A stretch of DNA of 63,344 nt, filler included, from Choristocarpus tenellus KU-1152 (taxonomy: Eukaryota > Protista > Phaeophyceae), in NCBI GenBank assembly GCA_964200185.2. It is 8 parts of 8 records of this genome, joined end to end, with 100 filler letters (N's around TTAATTAATTAA, not from the genome) between each part and the next. Parts side by side here need not be neighbours in the genome. Positions count along the whole stretch, not along the records: positions 12,566 to 27,843 come from CAXNAD020001024.1; 7 more parts are not named here. One strand, written 5' to 3'. A program made the translations under genes and the position numbers. A model generated the notes under the pieces. The model was not told where the DNA came from. It did not search any database and worked only from the letters and a program-made list of their open reading frames with translations. Positions 12,466 through 26,709 of this stretch are shown in pieces. The stretch's first letter is position 1, and every line of letters begins with the position of its first letter.

Positions 12466-13376
12466 NNNNNNNNNNNNNNNNNNNNNNNNNNNNNNNNNNN
12501 NNNNNNNNNTTAATTAATTAANNNNNNNNNNNNNNNNNNNNNNNNNNNNNNNNNNNNNNNNNNNNTTTTTCCCAGTCATTTTTGGGTCAAGACCATCCTC
12601 AATGAAAAGCTCCCTCAATTTTTGAAATCGGCTGTTCAATGGGGAGAGAAAGGAGAGGCAAAGGCCTTGCAGGAGTGGAGGAGACACTTCTGTGTCTGGG
12701 GTGGTCACAGACCTACCACTGCCCTTCCCTATTGGGGGAGTATTTTATGTCGACTTTACACCCCCTACAATTTCCCTATATGTCATGGTCATTACATTTT
12801 TTCTCCTCCCTTATGGGCAGAAGAACAACACACTCTGCAAATAGAATTTCTCACATCCAATCTTCACTAGGGAATAGTATGACTGCAGGTGATTATTGCA
12901 CTCTTGTTCGCAAAACGCGAAGCATAGTTCCTTGCAAAAGGGTATGATTATGCAACCATACCTGAGGGCCTCAAGTAGTTCAGCTTTGGGCCGTAACTTA
13001 ATTGAGTTGGAGTTGCACACCTAGTGCTCAACTGCGAAGTCCTTAAAGTTGCATCTCCTTGAAGGAACTCCATCCAACTTCCACTGGACCTTGAAAATAT
13101 CAACATCCCAGATGGATGCAGTGAGGCAAACATCAGTCTATTTCTTGCCTGTTGTCATTGACCTATAGCGTCAATTGACATTGATTCTACTGCAGTTTGT
13201 TAGAGGGACTTACCATCACATAGCCTTCAGACGCAATCAGTCAAAAATCTCCACACTGTCATGAATACCCTTCATGATCTTGATCAAACTTCAGTGCAAC
13301 CCTAATAAATAATGATGCCCAAGTTGTCAGTGCAGAACATATTTTTTCCCGACAATTGACACAAAGAGCCAAAGTA

Positions 13377-13742
13377 ATTGAGAGGTATGCAAGGTTGCAT
13401 TTTAAGGATTCCAAGAAATGAAAAAAAGTTACCATTTCGTACAGTTGCAGAAAGAGCCTTGGGGTTGTGGAAAAGGGGGATATCGATTTTGTGTAAGCCA
13501 AAGTAAAGGAGAGGCACCCAGGTTTTGACTGTTTTGCATTTTAAGCCAGTTTTTGTTTTTTCGCAATTCACGTATATTTCTATGGATGAAATGTTAAGTT
13601 TGACTTGAGAGTGTTGATTTCTCTATTGTTAAGAGACTTTTCGACAGAATTCAGAGAATATCGTACACACATTTGAAAAAAAAGACGAAATTTGCCATAT
13701 TTGTCTGCATCCTTAAAATGCAGCTTTGGGTACCTCTCGTTT
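13377..13742. mobile_element. MITE-like element with ~40-bp imperfect inverted repeats (family C)
   Basis: gagaggtatgcaaggttgcattttaaggat at ~13380 is the inverted counterpart of atccttaaaatgcagctttgggtacctctc at ~13710. Related pieces occur elsewhere in the window. Confidence 0.6.
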
Positions 13743-14388
13743 ATTTTGAATCTGAACAATATTGTCCACATAGAGTGATAATATATTATTACTCAATCAC
13801 ATTAGTTGTGGGTGGTCCGTGGGTGGTCCCTACCTTTGGTCAGAGGCTCTAAATATACACACTACACTCCTTCTTATGATAACTACCGACTAATTGTTCC
13901 ATTAATTGTACTGCCTTCGTTCCTGTCTTGCTTCACATATGCGGGGTTCAGCACTCCCACCACTCGTTGCTCTGTCTCTTCCCTCCAATGTTCTGCTGGA
14001 CCTGCCCTGGAGTTTCCACACTTGATCTTGACCCAGCTTTAGTACAGACAGGATAGTAGAGGTTTCCAATCCGTTGTGGTTGCCACGTATGTGGAATAGC
14101 ATTTCGGAAACCGTATCTTTGCGAAAAGAAGTCTGGCGTTGAAGGGTTTCGAACCAACGAAATCCATGCACGAACATGCCCCATGACCCAAAACACCCAA
14201 AACACCCACATCACCTATTAGTATTGTTAGTGGTGTAGTTGTATCGTGTATGTTTATATAATTATCCGCGCGCATTCTGCGTGATGCATTGTTTTTTCCA
14301 GAATCGACACGCAGGTTTTCCAAACACCATCTGAATTCTGATCCCAACTTGATCCACCATCCACACCATTCCAAAGATATTCCTTAAC

Positions 14389-17300
14389 ATGTCGGACTCT
14401 AAAGACGTCACACCACCCATCCCCCCTGAGAAGGATGATATGACAGTGGATGCCAATGTGGAAGACGAAGGGTGGGAAGACCTTTCTGGCGATGGTGGTG
14501 TCAAGAAGAAGGTTAGTTCCAATATTCACAGTTGCATCTTACCCAGCTGTGACACAGTGTCGGGATGGATGGGACGCCTAAGTGGTACTATCTTATACCC
14601 TTGCAACCTTGTATGAGTAATACAGCATCTAAACCTCAAATGAAGGAGCTATCTCTGTTTTGCCGCGATATTTGTGCACTTCTTCGATATCTTGACATTG
14701 CAGAGGAAATATCACACAGATATGGAAGAGTGCTTGCAATATGCCCTCACTCCATCTCTTATGCTCCACCTCATATTTTTTGCTGCAATCTGCTTTGTTC
14801 AAATCCACGTGAATCAATTGGGTGTATCTCTTAATCAGATCCTTGAAGCTGGTGACGAGACAGGGGGGTCCCCTCCTCCGGGATACGAGGTGGGTAATGC
14901 GTGGTGGCAAAGTGTCCTTACCATGAGCATGCCATTCGCTGTTCATTTAACTGTTATATTTCAGGCCTTTTTCCTGATTTATTTTTGTCGTATGTTACGC
15001 GTGGGGTATCCATGTTGCGTCGCCTGGTCAGTATTTTACTCAAATCTCTCCCTGAGAAGTGACTATCCAAGTTTCCTGATATATAATTTGGTACCAGTAA
15101 ATCTCTGTATTCTATGAGTGTGTGCACTAGCCGCTCCTAAGATCGAAGGATAGTAGTGCCAACACCGTAACGCATATCACTGCCTACTTCTGGCGGACCA
15201 TTTTGGCACCCCTTGCACACTCCTGCCCCTACTTGCCCCACTGCACCGTCACACCTGCCAACACACCACTACGTCCTCCAATCAGGTGTCAGCGCATTAT
15301 ACTGGGACTCTTTTGAGTGGTGAAAAGTTCGACTCGTCCCGTGATCGGGGAAAAGAATTCAAGTTCACCATTGGCACGGGCAGCGTGATCAAGGGCTGGG
15401 ATGTTGGTGAGTTAAAAATGTTTCATGCAAGGTAGCACTGCGCACCACCGAACGTTTCTGTTGAGGCCCATGTATTGCATAGAATGTTCTACGCTCTGCC
15501 TCAATTTGCACACACACTGGAATCCAGCCCTTCTAATCTTTGTATTGTTTGCCTGGATTTTGTGTTGCTAGCTACAGCGTGGCAACCCTCATTTAACACC
15601 CCAGCTTTTCTTTCCCTTCTTACAAGGGTTTGCATCAATGAAGAAAGGTGAGAAGGCTATCTTGAAGTGCCGCTCAGATTATGCCTACGGGGATAGCCCG
15701 CAGGGTGGTATAATCAAGGCAGGAGATACACTCCTGTTTGATGTGGAACTCCTCTCTTTTGCACCCAAACCCAAGGAGAAGTGGGAGATGGAGCCAGAGG
15801 AGCTTGTGGCCGAGGCTACAAAGCTGAAGGTGTGATGGTATGGGGTGGTGGTCAGGGTGCCTTTTGTACATATTGTTGCAGATGGGGTAGTGGTGAGAGC
15901 ATGTGTGTTTTGTGTGTTTTCATTATGAGTGTGCACACCTTGGACAACGTAACACTAAACACTATGTTACACATCCAAAACACTGGAGAAGAAAACATAT
16001 GCAGTGCTATGCAGTGCCAGTAGTGCTTGAGTCTAAAGCATACATATACTATGCACATATCATTTAGTGGAATGTTCACACGAAGTGCTAGTAAAGAGTT
16101 GGAATATCTCTTATGCTGTTCAAAGTGTATCAAATTGTCAGGGAGTGTGTGCTCCCCCGTGCATCTTCTTGCCTCAATTACGAACCAGCTCGGAAAGGTG
16201 ATGAAGGATCCCTCTCTGTTGTAAGACCCGAGTGACCTGGTAACATCTGGCTTGATGGTGATGGGATTCTGACGGAAGTACACTTCAGATCATCCTAGTA
16301 GGAAGGGGGCAATGTCATACGTGGTTGCTCATTTCTACCCCCTTTTTGGTTTTCGTTGGAGTGTGAAGGAACGTCCATTTCCATCTCTGGAGGTGTTGAC
16401 TCTAGAGCGCATTTTTTGACAAGTGTCTTCTTTGCGGTTTACAGTACACGTATGAATACAAAGGGAGAAAAGAAAAGAGAAGAAAAAAAACTCAAGTTCA
16501 TGGTGTAAAACTACGATTCTAACGCATGCAATCTGTTTGTTTGGGGTTTTTTTAGTTGCTTTGGTATATAGCTAGTGATAGTGTCGCTGTGCTGACCTGG
16601 AGTTTCACTGCATACTTCAATAGTGCGTACAGAGTATTTTCAGATTGCCTGACTAGTTCCGTGATGGTGTTGTTTATTGATGGGCAACTCTTACAAGGTG
16701 CTGTATGTGTATTTGTATTGATTTCTTAGGATGTTAGATCATACCTGATTCTTGACCTGGTGTGCGTGCATGGTTAACTTACACTGCTTCTGTAAAGATG
16801 GTGATGTGGCCTGGTATGTGGTTTGGGCTTGCAATGTCTGGTTAGTGCATGATTTGTGTTCTCGGTAGTCAGATACAATGTACAATGTGGTTAGTGCATG
16901 ATTTGTGTTCTCGGTAGTCAGATACAATGTACAACGTCGATTGCAAGAATTGTCACATTAGCCCCTTTGTTGATAGAGGCTTGAGGTCTCAATGAAGAGG
17001 TTAGTTCTGTTTTTGTTAGCTGTTTTATGTTTAACACCCATCAATGAACCAAGTCCGTTTGACACCTGACGATCTATGTGATGCTGCTGCCCAATCCGCA
17101 TTCTGAAATTAAATTTTCCCCCTAATGTCAAGAGGGTTTTGCAAGGTGTTGGTGGTTTTCGGAGTGTAAGTCAGACATGCAACAAAATGGATGCTGCAAA
17201 AAATATATATATATATATATTTTTATTATTATTATTTGAATCCTGTTCAGGTGTTGTGAATACTCTCCTGTATGAGTTAAGTTACTATGCAGTGTGTCCT

Positions 17301-20300
17301 CTCTTAATTTTCTCGAGTCGAAGTATGGGGTGTGTTGTCACTGAATACACACACCTACTTGAACACTATTCCGAGGGTTAGGGTTAGTTCATCTGGAGAA
17401 CCGTTTTGTTATGTGAGGGTACATAATCAATGGAACCAGCATATATTAACTAACCTATGCAATACATGTTATCGTTCAAATCTCTTCCTCTTTTATTACG
17501 TTCTTTAGAACCATTCTTTAGAACCATGTGAGAACCGCGGGATCGATCCGAGATACTCAAGGTAAAATATTCTGGTGTATAGTCCTCATGTATGAAAGGC
17601 AGAGTTACGGTATGCCAGGCAGTCCTTTTTGTTGGCAGGGGTATGTGTACACCATGCAATTAGGACCATTTTGTTTTTGTTTTTTTGCTTGAGGGCACAA
17701 TGAATTAGGGTTAGGGTTACAATGCAGGTGTGTCCAGCAGATTGCAGTGTTTGAAAGTTCATATCCGATTGATTTTCCGCAAGGAATCAAATGGTTTATC
17801 TTCAAATTGATCTGATACTTTATGTTTTTTGTTGTGGTTAATCCTGTGTACTTTGTTTGTGTGGTAATAAAAAGAATAATCCTGTTGGATTATTCTTTTT
17901 ATTACCGGGTTTGAATGATTTTTAACTATTTGTAACTTCGGCTCTTTTCCCAGTTTACTGCCATGTGTACCTACATCCATAGAATGTTCCCAGTTTGGTC
18001 ATGAGCCCCTGTCTCTAAATAGCTCTCTGAATACCTCTCTAAATACTTGTCTAAATACCTCTCCCTTTCGCGGTGTTTCTTTCGAATGCTGATCTATGTG
18101 CAACTGGTATGAGCAGGATGAGGGGACAATGCTCTTCAAGGAGAAGCGCTTTGGCGAGGCTGCTGACAGGTAAATCCTCCGCAAGAGGAGTTGTAGAAGA
18201 GGCGCATTTATGCGTATTTTCATGTTGTGTTGTATGGACTAGTTGTACAGTTATGTCTTGAATTGTACAGTGCCCTCGATGTGTGGTTTATAAAACGTAT
18301 GAAGGCGTGTGCAGTTGGGGCGTGTTGTGTGTACAGACTGGTTTGAAAGGAACCATTCTGGTGTTGGACAGGAAAGTAGGCGTACATACATGCCAATACT
18401 TGGGAAATATATATTGTGTTCATAGTGATTGCATCAAAATAGTCCCATTCTGAAAGAGGTGGGGATTGGTATGCCTGCCTGCTGGTGAAACGTCTTCTGA
18501 GGGTGGTGTGAGAAATGTGAAAAAAAATATGTACAGTAGAGGCGGCTGTGTGTCCCTTGCACCCCTGGACATTCCTGCTTTTGAAGGTTGTTCTGACAAA
18601 TTTGTACTTGAGAGACAGGTATGGGGACTCGGTTGGGACACCATGACAAGCAGCTTGTGACTAAATTACACACACACATCTACAGACCTACGCTTTCAGT
18701 TACTTTTTTGAATTACTTTGCGACAACCGGTTTTGATGTTGGGGAGGCAAGAGGTTGTTGTAGAGCTCTAACCCTAACAGTAAATATGATATAATTTCAA
18801 GTGGTAGTCCTAACCCTATGCTAGGTATGTGGAAGGCGCAGATTATGCCTCCCAGGCTCCTGAAAAGATGGACCCTAACAGTGAGGCCTTCGAGGAAGCC
18901 CATTTGCTGGAGGTGAGGAGTGGTTTGATAACTTGCAAGGTGTTTTGGTTCATGTGAAACTTCAGTTACGTTCCTATGTACTGTGCTTATGGTACCCCTT
19001 GACATGATGGTGCACTATACGGCATCGCTCCGTGGTCTCATGTATGTGCCCTGTAGTAGTAGACTCTGACCCCATGGTGCTACTGTCATTTTATTGTTCG
19101 CCTGTTTGTTGAAGGCAAGTGTGGAGGGCGTATGGTGTACTATAATGACATAGTGTATTTTGATGTATTTTGAGTCTAGTTCAATTTTTATACGGTCCCT
19201 CCAATCAAAATCGAGGAATATTGAATCTGCCATTGAGGACATGGACACTCAAGAACTTTCTGGCTCTCAGCCATTATATAACCCATGACTTAAATACATG
19301 CAAATAGCTCGACTTGATGGAATATCAGGCAACGGTCCAGGAAATTTCACAATATGCAAGTATTTTCCTTGAACAGGAGGATGGTGTTGACTGCCCACTA
19401 TGCACAGAGGTTGCCTGAAACAGAGACTGACACCCATTGTATCATGTTCCATGTGTAGAGCTCTGATGGGTAGGAATTCTGAAAGGTAGGGTGGCCACCA
19501 AGAGGTCCATGGGTCTGTCTCACTGTGCTGTGTGGAGATTGATCTAGTACTTTTCTGGAACACTGTTTCACCCCTGTTTTTTATTCTTTTGGGGGGTACA
19601 TGTTGAATTAATTGTTATGTTACCAATGATTTGGTTCCATTAGGTGTCTTGCTACCTCAATGCTTCCCAAGCATGCTTGAGCAACAAGGACTGGGCAGGC
19701 GCCATTGGACAAGCCTCCACGGTGTTGAAGAGTGATGAGAACAATGTCAAGGCTCTCTTCCGTAGAGGGGTTGCAAGGTATACCTTCAAAGAGTCTCGGG
19801 TTGGTGTATGTAGTGTGTACGGTTGTTTTTTTATTTGTAGTCCAAAAGGCCTGATCCCATGATAGGGTTAGGGTTGAAAATATAGAGATGTGCTTTCAGT
19901 TGAATATGCATATTTTTTAAACTCGTGGTTGAAGTTAGAATTGACAGGTTAGGTTTTAGGATTGTTCCAGGGCACAGATGGATGATGATGTTGGATCAAT
20001 TTAAGGTACAGGTGTGTGCTGTTTGTGACATTATACCTTTTTCAGGCGACACACTGGCTTGCTTGAGGAGTGCAAGGTCGATCTCATGGCGGCGTACAAG
20101 CTAGAGCCTAAGAACAAGGCCGTGGTGAAGGAGATTCAGGTTCTGAAGGTACTGTTTGGCTCTGATTATTGTAATTATTTATTTCTACTCCTCCTGTCCA
20201 CGTGGTAGGGGCTGTGAAACTTAGGGATACAAAAAATAAAATAACTGACTGTTGTATTGATATGTATGAAGAAAAGTGCTGTATTATAGCAAGGTAATTG

Positions 20301-23300
20301 ATGTCACTACTGTGATATGTCTGTTTGGTGTGAAAAGGTAGATGGAGAGATTAGTCAATTCTTTTTTTTCCAAGTTGGTCCATCGATATTTGTTTTATCG
20401 TTCACACACAAACGCCTTCTGGACTGTACACTCACTGGCTGTGCAAGGGACGGTGGAGTGGTGTTGGCATTAGTACCTATAGTTGAACTGCACCTGTTTT
20501 TTAAGTTTTCATTCATGATTGCTAAATGTATGCGTGTTGCTGAGGCAGACTGTACTGTCTGGGACCCCCTACGGTTGTTGGGATTTGTTTCACAGGTGTA
20601 TTTGTACAACCCTAATCCTTTCATAAGGTTGCAGTAGTGTTTGGTGTGCATGATGTTATTATCAACATTTTTACATAGTTGACCATTATTCTAGCCAGCC
20701 CGAGTTGCCTGTGAAGGAGAGGCTATACACAAGGTATTGATATCTGACCTGCTCCAGATAAATTTACGCTGTCCTGAATCCGTTGATGTTTTATCAAACA
20801 GGGTGGTAGTAACTTGAGAATCATGATCAAGCTATTGAGCAGTATGTCTTGTGTGGCTTAGAAGAGCACTTGTAGAATAGTGTAGGTCTTGAGACAGTAA
20901 AAACAGAAGGAAGAAAAAAACGCCCTGGAAGGCGTTGACTTGTGCCTCAGTTAAATATTTCTGCAGGGTAGGTGAGAAATATTTATCAAAGTTTCTTCTT
21001 TATTTGGATTTACTTCATAAATTTAGCCAACAAGAAAAATGTTGAACTCTGGGGTGTTGAGGTGTTACATATCATTTGGAATGGTTTGTGTGTTGGTATT
21101 GAATGTGGCAGGAAAAGTTGCCGTGATGACTCCAAGAATACAGTGAAAACAAATTATGCCAAGGTATTGAAATGAGGTATTGAGATAAGAAAATTGATGA
21201 ACTTGATGAACTTGGGAAAAGTAAAGTCCACGCACACACACACACACGCACACAGCGGTTGCTTCAAAATTGTAGAGAGTCACCGTAGTAGTAGTCCCAT
21301 TGGAACTCAATGAATGTGACAAACGTTTTTGCTAAAATGGAACATTTGTGGGTTAGGGTTAGGGTTGTATCAGGGATTGTTCCTAGATCTTGCCATATTG
21401 AGTTACCTTGGCTTTAGATTTATTTTTTGTTCTTTTACGGCAGGCAAGCATGAAGGCTTCTAAGGACAAGGAGAAGTCCATGTTCGGAAATATGTTTGGC
21501 AAAGGTATGAGCATGTACGGGGACAAGGAAGGCGTCATGGTCCACAAGGGGAACAACCCCAAGTGCTTCTTTGACATAAAGGTAGGTGGGAGAGTTGAGT
21601 GAATAGTCGATGTCTTGTGGTAGGTGAGAAATGGGAGGAGTATTTTCTTATTTGTAAGTTTAAATAGTAGTTAAACATCCTTGTTTGGTAGGGCCCTCAC
21701 ATAGCCAACGTACTTGAGAGCATTGTTGTGTACTACTGTGTGAAATGTGTATGGGAATATTACTGAGTAAGTTGTTTGCATAACCGTTGTGGTGTCAATC
21801 ACCTTGGTCAACTAGTCTATGTATTATATGTAGACACATTTATGTGGTGGTAGTAGTAGCAGTAGGAGTAGTAGTGGCGATAACAGTGTTCACATTAGTC
21901 TGAGGGGCTCTAGCCCATGTTCAAAAGGTAGTTGTAGAAGTGTTAGAATATGTGAAGACAATAAGACAATACTGCAGTAACGCATAACAAAGGAGGAAGT
22001 GGAAAACATTATGTAGATAGTGGGGCTGTCACAAGCAAGAAATACCCAGGCTCTACTCAGTGACACCTAAGAGCTATGAAGAGTAGGGACAGGACATCAT
22101 CAAGACTCTCAGGATTGTAAAGTTCCTATAGGAAATAGAAAGAGAACAACTTAGGGTCACATCTGGTTCATGCATCCAAACAGCTCAGATGTTGAGGGGA
22201 AAGAGGAATGTAAGAATGGTTGATTCAAAGACAGGTACGAGGAGTTGGAGAGGTGTTGAAAATTTCCACTGGATATTCTGAGGTATGTCTTATTTTGGTC
22301 TTGATATTTGATTAATTGAGTGAACAGAGCGTTGATTAAAACATAATATGGGTTGAGTGATAGGTAGTCCTGGCTTACCTACTGACTTGAAACTCCAAGA
22401 GATTGTGCTTGTGGTCCAATTCTTCTGACTTCAGTTCTTTGAGGTCCAAGGTATGACTTGACATTTTCAAAGCAACATTGCATCACAGCAGTTTTTATGT
22501 TTACTGTATTGTGAAGTTGGAACTGTGATACTCTGCATTGCTATCACAGTGGATCTTGTACTATGAATGTGTTGTGACCCTCAGACTGATCTCTCCAGAA
22601 TTGGTTGAACACTTATTTGGTATGTAGGTGGGGGATAACGAACCCCAGCGCATCACCATGGAACTGTGGGCGCACATATGCCCCAAGACTTGTGCCAACT
22701 TCCTCCACCTGTGTAAAGGGGACAAGGGCAAGACATCGTCAGGCAAACCCTTACACTACAAGGGCAGCATTTTCCACCGTGTGATCAAGAACTTCATGCT
22801 CCAGGTGAGGTGGAGTTGAGGTCCAGCAGGACAACTTGATTTTTATTTGTCTTGTGTAGAAATTGAAGTACATGACAATCTTGTTACGTGAGATGCGAAG
22901 TGTGCGGTGTTGTATGAGATGTGGAAGGCGAAGGAGAGGAGGGTTTGTGTAAATTGCAGAGTGTGTATGTACATTCCGGGAAGTATGATCAACTATTCCA
23001 TGAAATGTTGTTGCATATTTCATGTTTTATGTGGCTTCCCCCTCTGTCCCCGCCTGGATAGTTGTGCAAATGCTGGCTTTGGTAGGCACTGTAATACAGA
23101 GCTGACATGTAGAAATGCTTATGATGGGGTGATGGGTAGATGCACTTGTAGTTATTACAGTGATGTGAGGTATATCCTATGTTGTCTTGCGGTGTTGTAC
23201 TGCTTGCCAACTACTATTTTGTATGTCTTGTTTGAGACATGTTACAAACTTGGCACTGAAGATGACCTGATATTCGTAGTATCCATTACCATGGCAGCAC

Positions 23301-24505
23301 CAGCATAAGGTCCTCGTATTGCCCTCCTCTTAGTCCTCTGATTTTCTCGCTGAAAATCATTTCAACATGGTCGTTTGCAGAGTGAGTGCACCTCACTGAC
23401 TGAAGTGTGATGTTGGGGCTGTGACATTGATGTGTGTATTGCTTTTATGTATCCTCTCTGCCCCTTGATATCGGCATTTACTTTTTTTTTAAATGGACTG
23501 AATTCACACAATTGTTTGCAGGGTGGTGACTTCACAAATGGTGATGGCACTGGTGGGGAAAGCATCTATGGGGAGAAGTTCAATGATGAAAACTTTGACA
23601 TCAAGCACACAGAGTCAGGGCTGCTGTCCATGGCAAATGCTGGACCAAACACAAATGGGAGCCAGGTGGGAAAGGAAGTGATGTGTTGGGTGGGTGGTCG
23701 ATGGATGGGTTCCATTCTGTAGTTCAATGTTTTGGAAAGACTTTTTCAGTGGACTGTGTATGACCACGAGCTGTTGCTGTCTGTTGGTTGAGGGCCGGGA
23801 CAAGGTGGATGTGCTAGTGTGGGTTGGATCTATCGTCTTTAGAGTTGTAGTAGCAAGTGTGAAGAGTATTGAAAGCAGAGACTGAAAAAGGTTTGGGCAT
23901 TGAAATTGTTGAAATCAATGGTGGTATACAGGAGGTTCCTTGCTCTGAAGTAACATAGAAACCAGAAGGGGTTGGTGCTACTCACGAAGGGTTACTCTGA
24001 AGCATGTTGTGTTGCTGAAAAAAACTGAGTCAATGTAAGAGAGTTTACTCCATGTTCAAGAGGTTGAACAAGGTGACTAAAAAATCACCCTCACTTTTGG
24101 AACTACCCCTTGACTGAAATTGTGTAGTGGGTTCGGTTTTGTTGCCTAAGGTCTATTCAGGCGTTTTCCCTAAAGGGATGAATCTCCTTATTGTTTGATT
24201 GATGGTTTAACCCCTCATACCATGTCTTTCCCCCGGGTATTGTATGGTGTTGTCAGTTCTTCATCACCTGTCGGGATACTCCTCATCTGGATGGCAAGCA
24301 TGTGGTCTTTGGACACGTTCTGGAGGGCATGGATGTTGTCCACATGATAGAAAATGTACCATGCACAGCAGACAAGCCTAATGATGATGTGGTCATTGTT
24401 GACTGCGGAGAGCTGGTAAAGGTAGAGGAAGAGGTTGAGGCCACACCTGCCCCAAAGGCGGAGCCAGCTGATGCACCCAAGCCCATTGAAGTCACAGAAG
24501 AGTAA
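14389..24505 (+). CDS. FCBP: Dual-family immunophilin: FKBP PPIase - 3xTPR - cyclophilin PPIase (FCBP-type), ~527 aa, complete
   Basis: 12 GT-AG exons in consistent phase: 14389-14511, 14839-14889, 15286-15406, 15627-15829, 18117-18169, 18825-18912, 19644-19777, 20046-20148, 21444-21581, 22628-22804, 23522-23665, 24257-24505 (1584 nt incl. stop). FKBP motifs: [41 protein letters not shown] motifs: [25 protein letters not shown]. Cyclophilin motifs: [50 protein letters not shown]. Confidence 0.96.
16840..16934. repeat. 49-bp-period direct duplication in intron 4
   Basis: ggttagtgcatgatttgtgttctcggtagtcagatacaatgtacaa occurs twice. Confidence 0.9.
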
Positions 24506-26345
24506 ATTGTGTTGTGTGTGGTCGAGAGCAAGCAATCTTATTGGAGTTGCTTGGTGGTTAGAACCAGAGCATTGCTGTGGCCTACACAATTATAAACACA
24601 CTTGGGAAAGGAGGGCAATGCTCTAGGTAAATTGCTTCTCACTACCAAATCTAATGCATAGTTGACAGGGGTTTGCAGTGTTGCTTATGGTGTGAGAAGT
24701 TTGCTCAAAGTGGTTCGTTCATTTAATGCTGATGCCCGGGGTTGGTTGTGCATACAGACATCATATTTTTCATCAAGAAAAATGCTGTGTGTGCACAGAA
24801 ATTGTAGTCATAATACATGTGCAAGATGCGTTGCCAAGAGATCAACGATAACTTATGAGATAGTACAGTGTCTAGTGATGAGATGATGAGACAGTGTGGT
24901 TGGTGAAGGTAGTTGAGTTGGGCACATTTAGAGGCGACTAAACGACTGGGTGGTGTTTGCAGGACTTTAATAGTTCAGGAAGTTTTTGAATACCTGTATG
25001 TGTGGAGAGAGGGTAGGCTTTTTCATTGATTGCCAAGTGTCACCTCCCTTGTGAACCCGCTCTTGCTGAAGTCTCAACTTGACCTTGTGTATTGCTACAG
25101 TAGGGATGTAAAGGTTCATAACAGCAACTGGCAGTGTGTGCACTAATCAATGGGTCTTTGAAGTGTTTGACTAGAAAATGATTAAGGTTTTGCTTGCTGC
25201 ATAACTGACCATTGATGCTGCAAATTTTGGATCACACATATTCCTCTGAGAGGTATGGTGTGTCCTCAGTTTAGACAAAAACCACCACTGTACTGTATTG
25301 ATGTCAGCAGTAGTGACAATCGATGTACCTACATTGCTACTTCTGCTAAGGTAGGTCATCATTTAAAACTCTCTCACTCTAGGTAAATATTAAACTTCAG
25401 AGATGTTGTGGAGGACAAAAGAGTGCCGTCCATCCTCCAAAACTTCCCTTCCACCTTGCCTATCCAACTAAGACTAGATCAGAAATCACCAATCAGAATC
25501 AGCTTGCTCTCTGAGCGTAGCCTCTATCAATTCCCGTTTATCTTGGGGTATGGCATCTCTACCCTGGGCATCCAGTCCTGTGATCAATGTGGAGCACAGT
25601 AGGACAAGGTTGCTGGGCACACATCCAGGACCTTCTGGAGAGGGGTCCCAACGACACAGCTCCACAGAGTGAGCCCCCAAGACACGCCACCCAGTGACTG
25701 GGCAACGCCCTCGCCAGACCTGTGGGATGGTAACAAATTCAGAATATTATCACTGCTAGTGTTTTTGCTGGGGGTAATGGGGTATGAGGGCTGGGGGGGG
25801 TATATGAACTTGTTATTGATGATGGTGTGGGATGGGTAGCACCTGTTGAGTAGGAGACTTGATGGCAACGTTTACTGTAAATCTGTGGAGATATTTTGTT
25901 CTTCATTCTAGACTATCAAAAGGGCACTGAGGGCGTTGAAAGATTTCAAAACATTTAGGAAGTTGATAATAGGAAAACTGAATCAGAGAGATCCGAAGCA
26001 TTTTAAAACTTTTTATTCTGTCAGAGAAAAGAATAAATAGATGATGACAAGCAGTATTTCATGGAACACAAAATGTGGAGGGATCTGATCAAGTTTTGTA
26101 ATGAATGAGGGAAGTATCATATCAGGAAAACGGAGACAAAGGTCTCCATATTAGCGCTTTGCTCACTGCAGATGCGCCTGAGATCTTAACCTCTCACAGT
26201 CAATCGACAAGCAGGAAGGAAAACAGAATTTCCCTGAGATTGTTATCAGATATTGTTATCAAAGATTACTGAAAATCGTATGCAGTAGTTGCATTTTCGC
26301 GATAACTTACCTCCAGCATATCACATACAATTGTTTTTGATTGTT

Positions 26346-26350
<5 letters not shown>

Positions 26351-26400
<50 letters not shown>
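26351..26400. repeat. (TG)n microsatellite
   Basis: About 25 perfect TG units. Confidence 0.97.
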
Positions 26401-26402
<2 letters not shown>

Positions 26403-26709
26403 CTACTTGGAGGTACAGAGGAACCAATCTAAGACCATCCATTGTACAATCTGAGATCAAGGTCTGTCGATGACATCACAATGCAAGGACAAACTCCTCA
26501 ATGGCCATGATGCTATACTACAACTGGTGCACAAATATTACTTCTCAAAGCAGATACCATCACATTTTTTTTTCTTCTGGAGGTAGTATGTCTCAACTCT
26601 GAATACTCAAAGAACACATTCCCTTAGGGCAAATACTTCAATACACAGTTGTAAATCCTACTGTCTTCATGCACTTGTTAAACAAACTCACGTATTTCTA
26701 AGGACATGC

